A stretch of DNA of 64,000 nt, taken from NCBI RefSeq assembly GCF_006345805.1, contig NC_043017.1:26908001-26972000 (forward strand), given 5' to 3'. The notes beneath the pieces were generated by a model. The model saw only the letters and a program-made list of their open reading frames with translations. It was not told the origin of the DNA and did no database searches. Positions 63,110 through 64,000 of this stretch are shown piece after piece. Source of the stretch: Octopus sinensis. Its lineage: Eukaryota. The first letter of the stretch is position 1, and every line of letters starts with the position of its first letter. The translations under genes and the position numbers were made by a program.

Positions 63110-63260
63110 TTCATTTTCCTATGTTTCTGACGAAGAGCTCCGCTCGAAACGTAAAACCCTCCTTCTTCCCTTCCTTCCTGAGCGTCCAATAATACTATAT
63201 TTGTTCCACGTCCTCGCGTTGTTGTGTTTTCTCTTTGTGTTTTCATGTTTGGATTAACTT
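63110..63260 (+). mobile_element. Penelope-type repeat between (TA)n tracts
   Basis: Same family as 16144-16285; carries the hammerhead motif. Confidence 0.7.
63123..63157 (+). ncRNA. minimal type I hammerhead ribozyme motif (Penelope-associated variant)
   Basis: Stem I GTTT/AAAC, core CTGACGA, extra A, stem II GAGC-TCC-GCTC, GAAA, C-G-T-A cleavage site. Stem III is reduced to the ACGT palindrome. Confidence 0.7.
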
Positions 63261-63277
63261 TATATATATATATATAT

Positions 63278-63310
<33 letters not shown>

Positions 63311-64000
63311 CGTAGGAATATTTTGTGTAATTAGATAAAAACAACAAGGCTGTATAAATATTAGAGCATTTGTAGATATAAGGTCTTACAGCTGTTCCTA
63401 GAATATTAATTAATAATAATATCCATTTATCCGAGACGATGTGAGAGGAAAAATTAAGTCATAGTTAGTTTCGATGTGAACAAATAGAGAGTGAGTTGGA
63501 GGAAAGAAAATATATGTAAGATATGTATGGTTATTGAGTTCATAAATCCGTTTTATAGGCATAATGGTATATATGTGTAATATTCCAATATCCTTTGAGT
63601 AAAATCCAAAAGTCGAACAGAGTTTAATATGAGTCCATCCAGATGTAAAGTTTATAAGCAATGTAAGATTCTCTTAAAGTTGGTCATTCCCAGTAGGGAA
63701 TTTATATAGTGTTGCAGATTCGAGGTTTGTGTTTAAACTGACCTAGAAATAGGGTGTGTATTAGTTTGGTCAGGAAGAGAGGAATGACAAAGAAAAAAAG
63801 GAGAGAGAGAGAGAGAGATAAAAGGAGGCGAGAAAGATAGAATTAAAGAGAAAGAAGATTAGTAAAAACAAAGTAAAATTACCGAATCTGGAACTTAATT
63901 GTGGTCTGTCTATAGCGCTTTTTCAGCATTACCTGACACATTTGGGTCTCAATAACACAATTATCTCTTAAAACCTCAACTTCTCGCTAATATATATATA

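Overview
Eukaryotic, very AT-rich non-coding DNA dense in microsatellites: (TA)n, (TATC)n, (AAT)n and (ATC)n. The repeat families resemble those of coleoid cephalopods, probably Octopus; that assignment is from memory, not a search. I found no supportable host protein-coding gene, rRNA, tRNA or CRISPR array. Nearly all listed ORFs are translated microsatellites or transposon relics. Contents: (1) at least three tRNA-derived SINE families, labelled A, B and C here, in about 25 copies or fragments; (2) a young 5'-truncated L1/Tx1-clade LINE at 43.2-46.5 kb, set inside (TATC)n, with a fold-back at its 5' end; (3) two CR1/L2-group LINE 3' relics; (4) Tc1, hAT-like and Helitron relics; (5) Penelope-type repeats carrying minimal hammerhead-ribozyme motifs; (6) several tandem duplications and four separate fold-back inverted duplications. 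Main leads: both major SINE families share their 3' ends with LINEs present in this same window (SINE-A with the Tx1-like LINE, SINE-B with the CR1/L2-like LINE); a structurally complete minimal hammerhead at 63123-63157; and possible (TATC)n targeting by the Tx1-like element. Homopolymer-deletion patterns suggest an imperfectly polished long-read assembly, so near-identical duplications need read-level confirmation. Boundaries were counted by hand and are approximate for degraded elements.
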